Shown here in pieces: positions 7,635-16,335 of a DNA stretch of 21,272 bases. The notes under the pieces are model-generated. The model saw only the letters and a program-made list of their open reading frames with translations, was not told where the DNA came from and ran no database searches. Origin of the DNA: a virus (taxonomy: Duplodnaviria; Heunggongvirae; Uroviricota; Caudoviricetes); IMG/VR virus record IMGVR_UViG_2778261501_000004, positions 1 to 21,272 of that record; one strand, written 5' to 3'. Each line of letters starts with the position of its first letter. Within the stretch, counting starts at the first letter, position 1. Position numbers and translations under genes: made by a program.

Positions 7635-8560
7635 CTCAACACATAATCCATAGCCACTAAGTCATCAACAAACGTTAGATTGTCTTGGTGGTTTATCTGT
7701 GGATATTTTTTAGTCAGATTTACTAGTCTAAGTCTATCAACAAATATTGCAGCACCAAAATCACTCCTGTGAGCCCAGTCGCGGTTATGCCATCTTAAAT
7801 CTTGTGGAAGAAAATAATATGTTGACCATGGATGTAAGACAGGAAGCAAATTCCACAATTTAGCCGGTGTGGCCTCAAGTTGTTTTGCTACCCATTCAGT
7901 TTTTGAACATCCACATTGAGCAAGAGCAAGAGGTATAGACTCACGATTATCTCCCATATCATGCCAAGCGAGTATATCAATTCCTCCATCTCCCCTGTCA
8001 TTTGGTTTGAAATCTTCAATTGAAAAATTAGCTTTACATCTGAAATCTTGTGCTATTTTAGTTAACTTATCAAAGAGTAAGCCAGTGTAGTGACCTGAAT
8101 TACCTGCGCTAGCCCAACAGTGTTTAACTGTTGCTCCTTCAGGCATGAGGGCTTGAAATATGGGATAGCTTATTTTCTCAAATGCACTTGTAAATATGTC
8201 ACGGTGACTATTTTCTATATATTTTATATTTGCACAGGCTAAGAGTGCTATGTATAGTTTTTCATTTTGATTGTAATCAGCAATATTATGCTTTCTTAAG
8301 AATAATGTGTCTCTGTCATCAGAAAAATAAAAGGGGTAATCATCACCGAAAAGGCTAATTCTTGTGTCAATGAATGTCGCTGCAAAATTCCATTTATCGT
8401 CAGAATACCCGCGTGACTTTGGATTTGCTTGAGACCTAAAGAGGCTTGCTAGATCTCCTCTACTAAAGCATTTGTCTGTATTTACTGTAGCCCATAACTC
8501 TAAATAGTCGCCCCATAAATATGGCTCGTTATCGGGTAATGAGTCCATGTGAAAAATCAT
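7631..8560 (-). CDS. Putative restriction or effector nuclease with an Mrr-cat-like PD-(D/E)xK core and an N-terminal domain of unknown function (309 aa).
   Basis: The C-terminal half has GDGGIDILAW…(15 aa)…LALAQCGCSK, resembling the Mrr_cat motifs (D-G-G-I-D… and Q-x-K). Its ATG overlaps the upstream ParB-like stop (TAATG). Its stop overlaps the MTase stop convergently (TTAA). Confidence 0.6.
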   Translation of the reverse strand: MIFHMDSLPDNEPYLWGDYLELWATVNTDKCFSRGDLASLFRSQANPKSRGYSDDKWNFAATFIDTRISLFGDDYPFYFSDDRDTLFLRKHNIADYNQNEKLYIALLACANIKYIENSHRDIFTSAFEKISYPIFQALMPEGATVKHCWASAGNSGHYTGLLFDKLTKIAQDFRCKANFSIEDFKPNDRGDGGIDILAWHDMGDNRESIPLALAQCGCSKTEWVAKQLEATPAKLWNLLPVLHPWSTYYFLPQDLRWHNRDWAHRSDFGAAIFVDRLRLVNLTKKYPQINHQDNLTFVDDLVAMDYVLS

Positions 8561-9639
8561 TATTCATCTTCCTCACGGATGCTTTCAATTTGTTTTTTAA
8601 TTTTACGCGCTATAGATAATATTTCACTCGAACGATATTCGTGATTTTCTGTGAAAGAGTGCGTGTTGAGAAGCATATCCCAAACAACTCTTAGTCGAGA
8701 TTCTGCTTGGTCTAGAGCTTGATCCAAAGCCTCTTCATGACCATTTGTATATAAATAGGCTTCTTCAATGTTTTTAGACTTTATGAGGTTATCTATTGCT
8801 GCTTCATTGGCAACTATTGTTGAAAGATTTTTGATCTTGCGACTTTCACCAATGATAGTATCACCCTGTTGATCTCTAACAAAGAACCAAGCAAAAAGCT
8901 TCTCAAGGTTTTCCTCTTTCAGGTTTTTAGCAGATAAATCTTTTCTATCATCTAAGCCTAACCAGTCTGTAATGTTAGTATATCCAAGAGCTGTTGTTAT
9001 GTAGGAAAAATCGACATCATTCTCACTCATATGCAAATTATAGAAGTTTTTATCAGCAGCGGTTTCATATAATTTGAGTGAAGTTAATAAAAGGCCGACG
9101 TAATAAGATTTACTGCCAATTTCTTTAGCTAATGACTTTAAAAGAGATTCTTTGTCTGCACCTTTGTAGAAAGTTTCACTAAGCTCCTTAAGATACTTAG
9201 CTTTAGAAAGTGCATCCCATTCTTTCACACCAGTAATGTGTCTATATCCGATATAACGTAACACATCTTCACGTCTTGTGTAGACGAGACAAGGTAATTT
9301 AGTCGGTTTATAAGTAGCATCGTCCTGAATTAGTTGAATGCTTTTTTCTTTTCTTTTAGGTGGTAAAAGTTCGCTATTGAGCAACTTTACGGCAGCAAGG
9401 CGACGGTTACCCTCAACTACAACATATTTTTTCCCGGAACTAACCACTAAAAGAGGTTCTCCGGGAAAGTAATCTTGTTCCCCTATGGACAGCATCAAAT
9501 CTTGTACACTTTCGTCATCAAGCATTTCTTCAATGACGGCATTTTCAGATCCAGCCCTATCGTTTAACCGATAGAAACGTGGGTTTTCAGGATCAAACTC
9601 TAGATCTTCCGTGTTTATGTATTTGATTTCGTTGCTCAT
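8560..9639 (-). CDS. ParB/Srx N-terminal-domain protein with a 250-aa helical C-terminal extension (359 aa).
   Basis: IKYINTEDLEFDPENPR…LMLSIGEQDYFPGEPLLVV…KYVVVEGNRRLAAVKLL matches the ParB-N fold signature (NPR… then GxRRxxA). First gene of a two-gene leftward operon. Confidence 0.7.
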   Translation of the reverse strand: MSNEIKYINTEDLEFDPENPRFYRLNDRAGSENAVIEEMLDDESVQDLMLSIGEQDYFPGEPLLVVSSGKKYVVVEGNRRLAAVKLLNSELLPPKRKEKSIQLIQDDATYKPTKLPCLVYTRREDVLRYIGYRHITGVKEWDALSKAKYLKELSETFYKGADKESLLKSLAKEIGSKSYYVGLLLTSLKLYETAADKNFYNLHMSENDVDFSYITTALGYTNITDWLGLDDRKDLSAKNLKEENLEKLFAWFFVRDQQGDTIIGESRKIKNLSTIVANEAAIDNLIKSKNIEEAYLYTNGHEEALDQALDQAESRLRVVWDMLLNTHSFTENHEYRSSEILSIARKIKKQIESIREEDE

Positions 9640-9830
9640 AATTGTATTCTGCGCAGATATAAGGATGACTTGCTACAGCATAACCTTATGTTTAGCATCT
9701 GTCATTATGATGGCTGCCTTATGCATGATTTTGCATCCATTTTTTATTTTATTTTTTTGGGGGCGCATTAGGCCCGATATGGTTTTTGGAGACGATGCGT
9801 TTGCATCAAAACAGCCCCATGAAGCGGGCG

Positions 9831-9849
9831 GGCGAGGCGGGGAAAGCAC
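9831..9849. other. cos site: GGCGAGGCGGGGAAAGCAC, the 19-nt cohesive-end sequence of P2.
   Basis: Matches the P2 cos 19-mer as I recall it. Lies between the cargo and the Q terminator as in P2 (…old-cos-Q). G-rich terminase-binding flanks at 9850–9990. Confidence 0.7.
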
Positions 9850-9991
9850 TGCGCGCTGGCAGTAGTGCTGATTTTATTTTTTCAGCGTCTGAGCGCGTCG
9901 TGATGGCGTTTAGATTGTGTGCCGGGGCGTTGGTTTGTCTGCGGGCTATTTTGCGCGGAGGTGAGCGTGTGAGGGCGTGATGGCGGGGTGT

Positions 9992-10013
9992 AAAAAAGCC
10001 GCCCGCAGGCGGC
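9992..10013 (-). terminator. Rho-independent terminator downstream of Q on the minus strand.
   Basis: Stem GCCGCC-CGCA-GGCGGC (9998–10013) followed on the − strand by TTTTTT (9992–9997 as AAAAAA). Confidence 0.6.
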
Positions 10014-10018
10014 GATGT

Positions 10019-11053
10019 TCAGCCGTTGTCAGTGTCCAGTGAGTAGTTTTTAAAGCGGATGACCTCCTGACCGAGCCAGCCGTTTATCTCGCGGATCCTG
10101 TCCTGTAACGGGATAAGCTCATTGCGGACAAAGACCTTTGCCACTTTCTCAATATCACCCAGCGACCCGACGTTCTCCGGCTTGCCGCCCATCAACTGAA
10201 AGGGGATGCGGTGCGCGTCCAGCAGGTCAGCGGCGCTGGCTTTTTTGATATTAAAAAAATCGTCCTTCGTTGCCACTTCACTGAGCGGGATAATTTTTAT
10301 GCCGTCGGCTTTCCCCTGTGGGGCATAGAGAAACAGATTTTTAAAGTTATTGCGGCCTTTCGACTTAACCATGTTTTCGCGAAGCATTTCGATATCGTTG
10401 CGATCCTGCACGGCATCGGTGACGTACATGATGTATCCGGCATGTGCGCCATTTTCGTAATACTTGCGGCGGAACAGCGTGGCCGACTCATTCAGCCAGG
10501 CAGAATTAAGGGCGCTCAGATATTCCGGCAGGCCGTACAACTCCTGATTGATATCCGGCTCCAGCAGGTGAAACACGGAGCCGGGCGTGAAGGCTGTCGG
10601 CTCGTTGAAGGACGGCACCCACCAGTAAACATCCTCCTCCACGCCACGGCGGGTATATTTTGCCGGTGAGGTTTCCAGTCTGATGACCTTACCGGTGGTG
10701 CTGTAACGCTTTTCCAGAAACGCATTACCGAACACCAGAAAATCCAGCACAAAGCGGCTGAAATCCTGCTGGGAAAGCCACGGATGCGGGATAAATGTCG
10801 AGGCCAGAATATTACGTTTGACGTAAATCGGTGAGCTGTGATGCACGGCAGCACGCAGGCTTTTTGCCAGACCGGTAAAGCTGACCGGTGGCTCATACCA
10901 TCTGCCGTTACTGATGCACTCGACGTAATCCAGAATGTCACGGCGGTCGAGTACCGGCACCGGCTCACCAAAGGTGAATGCCTCCATTTTCGGGGCGCTG
11001 GCGGTCATTGTTTTCACCGCTGGCTGCGGTGTTTTCCCTTTTTTCTTGCTCAT
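10019..11053 (-). CDS. Q: Portal protein Q.
   Basis: 344 aa, the same as P2 gpQ. Start ATG overlaps the P stop (TGATG). Conserved position next to cos. Confidence 0.9.
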   Translation of the reverse strand: MSKKKGKTPQPAVKTMTASAPKMEAFTFGEPVPVLDRRDILDYVECISNGRWYEPPVSFTGLAKSLRAAVHHSSPIYVKRNILASTFIPHPWLSQQDFSRFVLDFLVFGNAFLEKRYSTTGKVIRLETSPAKYTRRGVEEDVYWWVPSFNEPTAFTPGSVFHLLEPDINQELYGLPEYLSALNSAWLNESATLFRRKYYENGAHAGYIMYVTDAVQDRNDIEMLRENMVKSKGRNNFKNLFLYAPQGKADGIKIIPLSEVATKDDFFNIKKASAADLLDAHRIPFQLMGGKPENVGSLGDIEKVAKVFVRNELIPLQDRIREINGWLGQEVIRFKNYSLDTDNG

Positions 11054-12825
11054 CAGTAAAACTCCAGAATGGTGGATGTCAGCGGGGTGCTGATACCGGC
11101 GGTGAGTGGCTCATTTAACAGGGCGTGCATGGTCGCCCAGGCGAGGTCGGCGTGGCTGGCTTCCTCGCTGCGGCTGGCCTCATAGGTGGCGCTGCGTCCG
11201 CTGCTGGTCATGGTCTTGCGGATAGCCATAAACGAGCTGGTGATGTCGGTGGCGCTGACGTCATATTCCAGACAGCCACGGCGGATGACGTCTTTTGCCT
11301 TGAGCACCATTGCGGTTTTCATTTCTGGTGTGTAGCGGATATCGCGCGCGGCGGGATAGAACGAGCGCACGAGCTGGAACACGCCGACACCGAGGCCGGT
11401 GGCATCAATACCGATGTATTCGACGTTATATTTTTCGGTGAGTTTGCGGATGGATTCCGCCTGGGTGGCAAAGTCCATGCCTTTCCACTGGTGACGCTCA
11501 AGTATTCTGAATTTGCCACCGGCCACCACCGGCGGTGCCAGCACCACACATCCGGCACTGTCGCCACGGTGTGACGGGTCGTAACCAATCCATACCGGAC
11601 GGGAGCCGAACGGATTCGCGGCAAACGGCGCATAGTCTTCCCATTCTTCCAGCGTGTCGACCATGCAGCGTTGCAGCTCCTCGAACGGGAACACCGACGC
11701 CTTGTCGTCAACAAATTCACACATGAACAGGTTTTTAAAATCGTCGGCGCTGTTTTCGCGTTTGAGCTGCTCAATGTCGAACAGCGTGCAGCCACCTTTC
11801 AGGGCGTCCTCAATGGTGACAATCTGTCGCCACTGGCCGTCCGCACAGAGAAGCCCACCGGCAAGGGCGTTATGACTGACGTCGATTTCCACGCGTTCGG
11901 CGGCGCTGGCGCGTCCCCGGTTATACAGTTCACCCGACCAGAACGGGTAGGCGTCGTGCGCCAGCGTGGACGGGGTGGAGAAATAGGTCGAACGCAGGTG
12001 ACTCTGTGAGGCCATACCTGATGCCACCTTACGCAGTACCTGAAAATTCGGGATCCAGAAAATCTCGTCGACGTACAGGTCGCCGTTATGGCTCTGCGCG
12101 GTGTTGGAGTTGGTGCCGAGAAAAATCAGTTTTGCGCCGTTATTGCCCAGGACAATCGGGTCACCGGTCAGGTCAACGTCAACCAGACGGGCAAAGGCGA
12201 TGATGTATTCGCGGAACACATACGCCTGCGTTTTACTGGCCGACAGAAAAATCTGGTTATGACCGGTTTTCAGGGCGCGCAGCAGCGCCTCGCGGGAAAA
12301 ATAAAATGTCGCGCCAATCTGGCGGGATTTCAGGATATCGCGGATGCGGTGCTCAAGCCCGGCGCGATACCAGTGCAACTGATAGTCGAAAGACTGCTCA
12401 AAGAAAATCTGCTCCAGCTTTTCGATGGCCTCGTCACTGAAAAAATTCTTTTTCGGTTTGCGCCGCCCGCCTTTGTTGCGGTTAGCGACGTTCGGATTAA
12501 GGTCTGCCTCGTTGCCGGTCTGGCTGTAGCGATTTACCCGTGCCAGTCGTTCAATCTGGCGTCCCAGCAGGTCAATTTCCTTGAAGTCACCGCCGGTTTT
12601 CTGCGGTTTGATGATGAGCTGGGTCAGCCGCGCTTCCAGGCTCATTTCGACACGGCTGATGGGGGCAACGCTGTCCCAGCCGTCGCGCTGTTTCCAGCTC
12701 TGCACCGTCGGGCGTTTCATCTGCAACATGGCGGCAATCTGCGGCACGGAAAACCCCTGCCAGTACAGCAGCGCCGCCTGACGACGCGGGTCGTGTAAAA
12801 GAGTGGTGTCTGTGGTGATGGTCAT
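11053..12825 (-). CDS. P: Terminase ATPase/large subunit P.
   Basis: 590 aa from the ATG at 12825 with a GAGG Shine-Dalgarno, the same as P2 gpP. The track extends it to 12876. ATPase region LIFLGTNSNTAQS… and nuclease region present. Confidence 0.9.
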   Translation of the reverse strand: MTITTDTTLLHDPRRQAALLYWQGFSVPQIAAMLQMKRPTVQSWKQRDGWDSVAPISRVEMSLEARLTQLIIKPQKTGGDFKEIDLLGRQIERLARVNRYSQTGNEADLNPNVANRNKGGRRKPKKNFFSDEAIEKLEQIFFEQSFDYQLHWYRAGLEHRIRDILKSRQIGATFYFSREALLRALKTGHNQIFLSASKTQAYVFREYIIAFARLVDVDLTGDPIVLGNNGAKLIFLGTNSNTAQSHNGDLYVDEIFWIPNFQVLRKVASGMASQSHLRSTYFSTPSTLAHDAYPFWSGELYNRGRASAAERVEIDVSHNALAGGLLCADGQWRQIVTIEDALKGGCTLFDIEQLKRENSADDFKNLFMCEFVDDKASVFPFEELQRCMVDTLEEWEDYAPFAANPFGSRPVWIGYDPSHRGDSAGCVVLAPPVVAGGKFRILERHQWKGMDFATQAESIRKLTEKYNVEYIGIDATGLGVGVFQLVRSFYPAARDIRYTPEMKTAMVLKAKDVIRRGCLEYDVSATDITSSFMAIRKTMTSSGRSATYEASRSEEASHADLAWATMHALLNEPLTAGISTPLTSTILEFY

Positions 12826-12998
12826 GAATACCTCGCCGTGATGAATACACGGCAAGGCTACTGAGTCGCGTCCCACGATTCGCTAAGGTGCTGTTGTGTC
12901 AGTGATAAGCCATCCGGGACTGATGGCGGAGGATGCGCATCGTCGGGAAACTGATGCCGACATGTGACTCCTCTAATCACTATTCAGGACTCCTGACA
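12826..12998. promoter_or_regulatory. Divergent late-promoter region (PP leftward, PO rightward). Contains the dyad GTGA-N9-TCAC at 12964–12980.
   Basis: Intergenic region between the divergent P and O operons, as in P2. The dyad sits about 20–35 nt upstream of the O start. The Ogr-box assignment is not verified. Confidence 0.35.
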
Positions 12999-13853
12999 AT
13001 GGCAAAAAAAGTCTCAAAATTCTTTCGTATCGGCGTTGAGGGTGACACCTGTGACGGGCGTGTCATCAGTGCGCAGGATATTCAGGAAATGGCCGAAACC
13101 TTTGACCCGCGTGTCTATGGTTGCCGTATTAACCTGGAACATCTGCGCGGCATCCTGCCTGACGGTATTTTTAAGCGTTATGGCGATGTGGCCGAACTGA
13201 AGGCCGAAAAGATTGACGATGATTCGGCGCTGAAAGGCAAATGGGCGCTGTTTGCGAAAATCACCCCGACCGATGACCTTATCGCGATGAACAAGGCCGC
13301 GCAGAAGGTTTATACCTCAATGGAAATTCAGCCGAACTTTGCCAACACCGGCAAATGTTATCTGGTGGGACTGGCCGTCACCGATGACCCGGCAAGCCTC
13401 GGTACGGAATACCTGGAATTCTGCCGCACGGCAAAACACAACCCCCTGAACCGCTTCAAATTAAGCCCTGAAAACCTGATTTCAGTGGCAACGCCCGTTG
13501 AGCTGGAATTTGAAGACCTGCCTGAAACCGTGTTCACCGCCCTGACCGAAAAGGTGAAATCCATTTTTGGCCGCAAACAGGCCAGCGATGACGCCCGTCT
13601 GAATGACGTGCATGAAGCGGTGACCGCTGTCGCTGAGCATGTGCAGGAAAAGCTGAGTGCCACTGAGCAGCGCCTCGCTGAGATGGAAACCGCCTTTTCC
13701 GCACTTAAGCAGGAGGTGACTGACAGGGCGGATGAAACCAGCCAGGCATTCACCCGCCTGAAAAACAGTCTCGACCACACCGAAAGTCTGACCCAGCAGC
13801 GCCGCAGCAAGGCCACCGGCGGTGGCGGTGACGCCCTGATGACGAACTGCTGA
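12999..13853 (+). CDS. O: Capsid scaffolding protein O.
   Basis: 284 aa from the ATG at 12999, the same as P2 gpO. The track's ORF starts at 12933. Confidence 0.85.
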   Translation: MAKKVSKFFRIGVEGDTCDGRVISAQDIQEMAETFDPRVYGCRINLEHLRGILPDGIFKRYGDVAELKAEKIDDDSALKGKWALFAKITPTDDLIAMNKAAQKVYTSMEIQPNFANTGKCYLVGLAVTDDPASLGTEYLEFCRTAKHNPLNRFKLSPENLISVATPVELEFEDLPETVFTALTEKVKSIFGRKQASDDARLNDVHEAVTAVAEHVQEKLSATEQRLAEMETAFSALKQEVTDRADETSQAFTRLKNSLDHTESLTQQRRSKATGGGGDALMTNC

Positions 13854-13911
13854 CCGGCGTCAGTCAGTCCGGGAAAACCTTCACGATTAACCCTTAATTT
13901 CAGGAAAAACT

Positions 13912-14985
13912 ATGCGCCAGGAAACCCGCTTTAAATTTAATGCCTACCTGTCCCGTGTTGCCGAACTGAACGGCATCGCCGCCGGTGATGTGTCGAAAAA
14001 ATTCACCGTTGAACCGTCGGTCACCCAGACCCTGATGAACACCATGCAGGAGTCCTCTGATTTTCTGACCCGCATCAACATTGTGCCGGTCAACGAAATG
14101 AAAGGGGAAAAAATTGGTATCGGTGTCACCGGCTCCATCGCCAGCACCACCGACACCGCCGGTGGCACCGAGCGTCAGCCGAAGGACTTCTCGAAGCTGG
14201 CGTCTAACAAGTACGAATGCGACCAGATTAACTTCGATTTTTATATCCGCTACAAAACGCTTGACCTGTGGGCGCGTTATCAGGATTTCCAGCTCCGTAT
14301 CCGTAACGCCATTATCAAACGCCAGTCCCTTGATTTCATTATGGCCGGTTTTAACGGCGTGAAGCGTGCAGAAACCTCTGACCGCAGCAGCCATCCGATG
14401 CTGCAGGATGTGGCGGTCGGCTGGCTGCAGAAATACCGCAATGAAGCCCCGGCGCGTGTGATGAGTAAGGTCACTGACGAGGAAGGCCGCACCACCTCTG
14501 AGGTTATCCGCGTGGGTAAGGGCGGTGATTATGCCAGCCTTGATGCACTGGTGATGGATGCGACCAACAACCTGATTGAGCCGTGGTATCAGGAAGACCC
14601 TGACCTTGTGGTGATTGTGGGGCGTCAGTTACTGGCGGACAAGTATTTCCCCATCGTTAACAAGGAGCAGGACAACAGCGAAATGCTGGCCGCTGACGTC
14701 ATCATCAGCCAGAAACGCATCGGTAACCTGCCAGCGGTACGCGTCCCGTACTTCCCGGCGGATGCGATGCTCATCACGAAGCTGGAAAACCTGTCCATCT
14801 ACTACATGGATGACAGCCATCGCCGCGTGATTGAGGAAAACCCGAAACTCGACCGCGTGGAGAACTACGAGTCAATGAACATTGATTACGTGGTGGAAGA
14901 CTACGCCGCCGGTTGTCTGGTGGAAAAAATTAAGGTCGGTGATTTCTCCACACCGGCTAAAGCGACCGCAGAGCCGGGAGCGTAA
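13912..14985 (+). CDS. N: Major capsid protein N.
   Basis: 357 aa, the same as P2 gpN. AGGA Shine-Dalgarno. Confidence 0.9.
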   Translation: MRQETRFKFNAYLSRVAELNGIAAGDVSKKFTVEPSVTQTLMNTMQESSDFLTRINIVPVNEMKGEKIGIGVTGSIASTTDTAGGTERQPKDFSKLASNKYECDQINFDFYIRYKTLDLWARYQDFQLRIRNAIIKRQSLDFIMAGFNGVKRAETSDRSSHPMLQDVAVGWLQKYRNEAPARVMSKVTDEEGRTTSEVIRVGKGGDYASLDALVMDATNNLIEPWYQEDPDLVVIVGRQLLADKYFPIVNKEQDNSEMLAADVIISQKRIGNLPAVRVPYFPADAMLITKLENLSIYYMDDSHRRVIEENPKLDRVENYESMNIDYVVEDYAAGCLVEKIKVGDFSTPAKATAEPGA

Positions 14986-14988
14986 CCG

Positions 14989-15726
14989 ATGACGAGTCCC
15001 GCACAGCGCCACATGATGCGGGTCTCGGCAGCGATGACCGCGCAGCGGGAAGCCGCCCCGCTGCGACATGCAACTGTCTATGAGCAGATGCTGGTTAAGC
15101 TCGCCGCAGACCAGCGCACACTGAAAGCGATTTATTCAAAAGAGCTGAAGGCCGCGAAAAAACGCGAACTGCTGCCGTTCTGGTTGCCGTGGGTGAACGG
15201 CGTGCTGGAGCAGGGCAAAGGTGCACAGGATGACATTCTGATGACGGTCATGCTGTGGCGTCTGGATACCGGCGATATTGCCGGTGCGCTGGAGATTGCC
15301 CGTTATGCCCTGAAGTACGGTCTGACCATGCCGGGTAAACACCGCCGTACCCCGCCGTACATGTTCACCGAGGAGGTAGCGCTTGCGGCCATGCGCGCTC
15401 ATGCTGCCGGTGAGCCTGTGGACCCCCGCCTGCTGACGGACACCCTTGAACTGACCGCCACGGCTGATATGCCTGATGAAGTGCGCGCAAAGCTGCACAA
15501 AATCACCGGTCTGTTTCTGCGTGACGCTGGTGATGCCGCAGGGGCGCTGGCGCATCTGCAACGTGCGACACAGCTCGACTGTCAGGCAGGCGTAAAAAAA
15601 GAGATTGAACGACTGGAGCGGGAGCTGAAACCGAAGCCGGAGCCAAAAGCGGTCACCCGCGCCCCGCGTAAGATCCGGAGTGCGACACCGGCAAAACGTG
15701 GACGCCCGAAAAAGAAAGCCAGTTAA
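14989..15726 (+). CDS. M: Terminase small/endonuclease subunit M.
   Basis: 245 aa (P2 gpM 247). Starts 3 nt after the N stop. Basic C-terminal tail KRGRPKKK. Confidence 0.9.
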   Translation: MTSPAQRHMMRVSAAMTAQREAAPLRHATVYEQMLVKLAADQRTLKAIYSKELKAAKKRELLPFWLPWVNGVLEQGKGAQDDILMTVMLWRLDTGDIAGALEIARYALKYGLTMPGKHRRTPPYMFTEEVALAAMRAHAAGEPVDPRLLTDTLELTATADMPDEVRAKLHKITGLFLRDAGDAAGALAHLQRATQLDCQAGVKKEIERLERELKPKPEPKAVTRAPRKIRSATPAKRGRPKKKAS

Positions 15727-15825
15727 CAACCGAATGCGCCCCGCGCCAGGGCGGCACGCCGGTCAGTGAGGGTGAATCACCTGACACAGCACCGGCGTCC
15801 ACCGCCCGACTTTTCAGAGGTAGTC

Positions 15826-16335
15826 ATGATGACGCTGATTATTCCGCGAAAGGAGGCTCCCGTGTCCGGTGAGGGTACGGTGGTCATCCCGCAACCGGCA
15901 GGCGACGAGCCGGTGATTAAAAACACGTTCTTTTTTCCCGATATCGACCCGAAGCGCGTCCGGGAACGTATGCGCCTTGAGCAGACCGTCGCCCCCGCCC
16001 GTCTGCGTGAGGCCATCAAGTCAGGCATGGCGGAAACAAATGCGGAGCTGTACGAGTACCGCGAACAGAAAATTGCCGCCGGTTTTACGCGTCTGGCGGA
16101 CGTTCCGGCAGACGATATCGACGGTGAAAGCATCAAAGTTTTTTACTACGAGCGCGCCGTGTGTGCGATGGCGACCGCGTCGCTTTATGAGCGTTATCGC
16201 GGCGTGGATGCCAGTGCGAAAGGCGACAAGAAGGCCGACAGCATTGACAGCACCATTGATGAGCTGTGGCGGGATATGCGCTGGGCAGTGGCGCGCATCC
16301 AGGACAAGCCGCGTTGCATCGTGAGTCAAATCTGA
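15826..16335 (+). CDS. L: Head completion/stabilisation protein L.
   Basis: 169 aa from the ATG at 15826 with an AGAGG Shine-Dalgarno, the same as P2 gpL. The track's ORF starts at 15766. Confidence 0.85.
   Translation: MMTLIIPRKEAPVSGEGTVVIPQPAGDEPVIKNTFFFPDIDPKRVRERMRLEQTVAPARLREAIKSGMAETNAELYEYREQKIAAGFTRLADVPADDIDGESIKVFYYERAVCAMATASLYERYRGVDASAKGDKKADSIDSTIDELWRDMRWAVARIQDKPRCIVSQI

Noticed and set aside
9611-9980. Two small + strand ORFs (84 and 64 aa) across the ParB-like gene start and the cos region.
   Set aside because: The first begins inside the ParB-like gene start and is a hydrophobic run produced by AT-rich sequence. The second spans the cos and terminase-binding repeats, which are non-coding in P2. 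Neither has an RBS.
10211-10971. ORFs of 152, 151 and 64 aa overlapping portal gene Q on both strands.
   Set aside because: They are internal to a well-supported 344-aa portal gene, and I see no independent signals.
11125-12798. Several long + strand ORFs (149, 236, 112, 73 aa and others) opposite the terminase P gene.
   Set aside because: They lie entirely inside the high-GC P coding region on the antisense strand. They have no RBS, and their Gly/Arg/Ala-rich low-complexity composition is typical of spurious antisense ORFs.
13358-14495. Minus-strand ORFs (152, 98, 164, 74, 71 aa) inside O and N.
   Set aside because: They are antisense to the scaffold and capsid genes and are Ser/Arg/Ala-rich artefacts.
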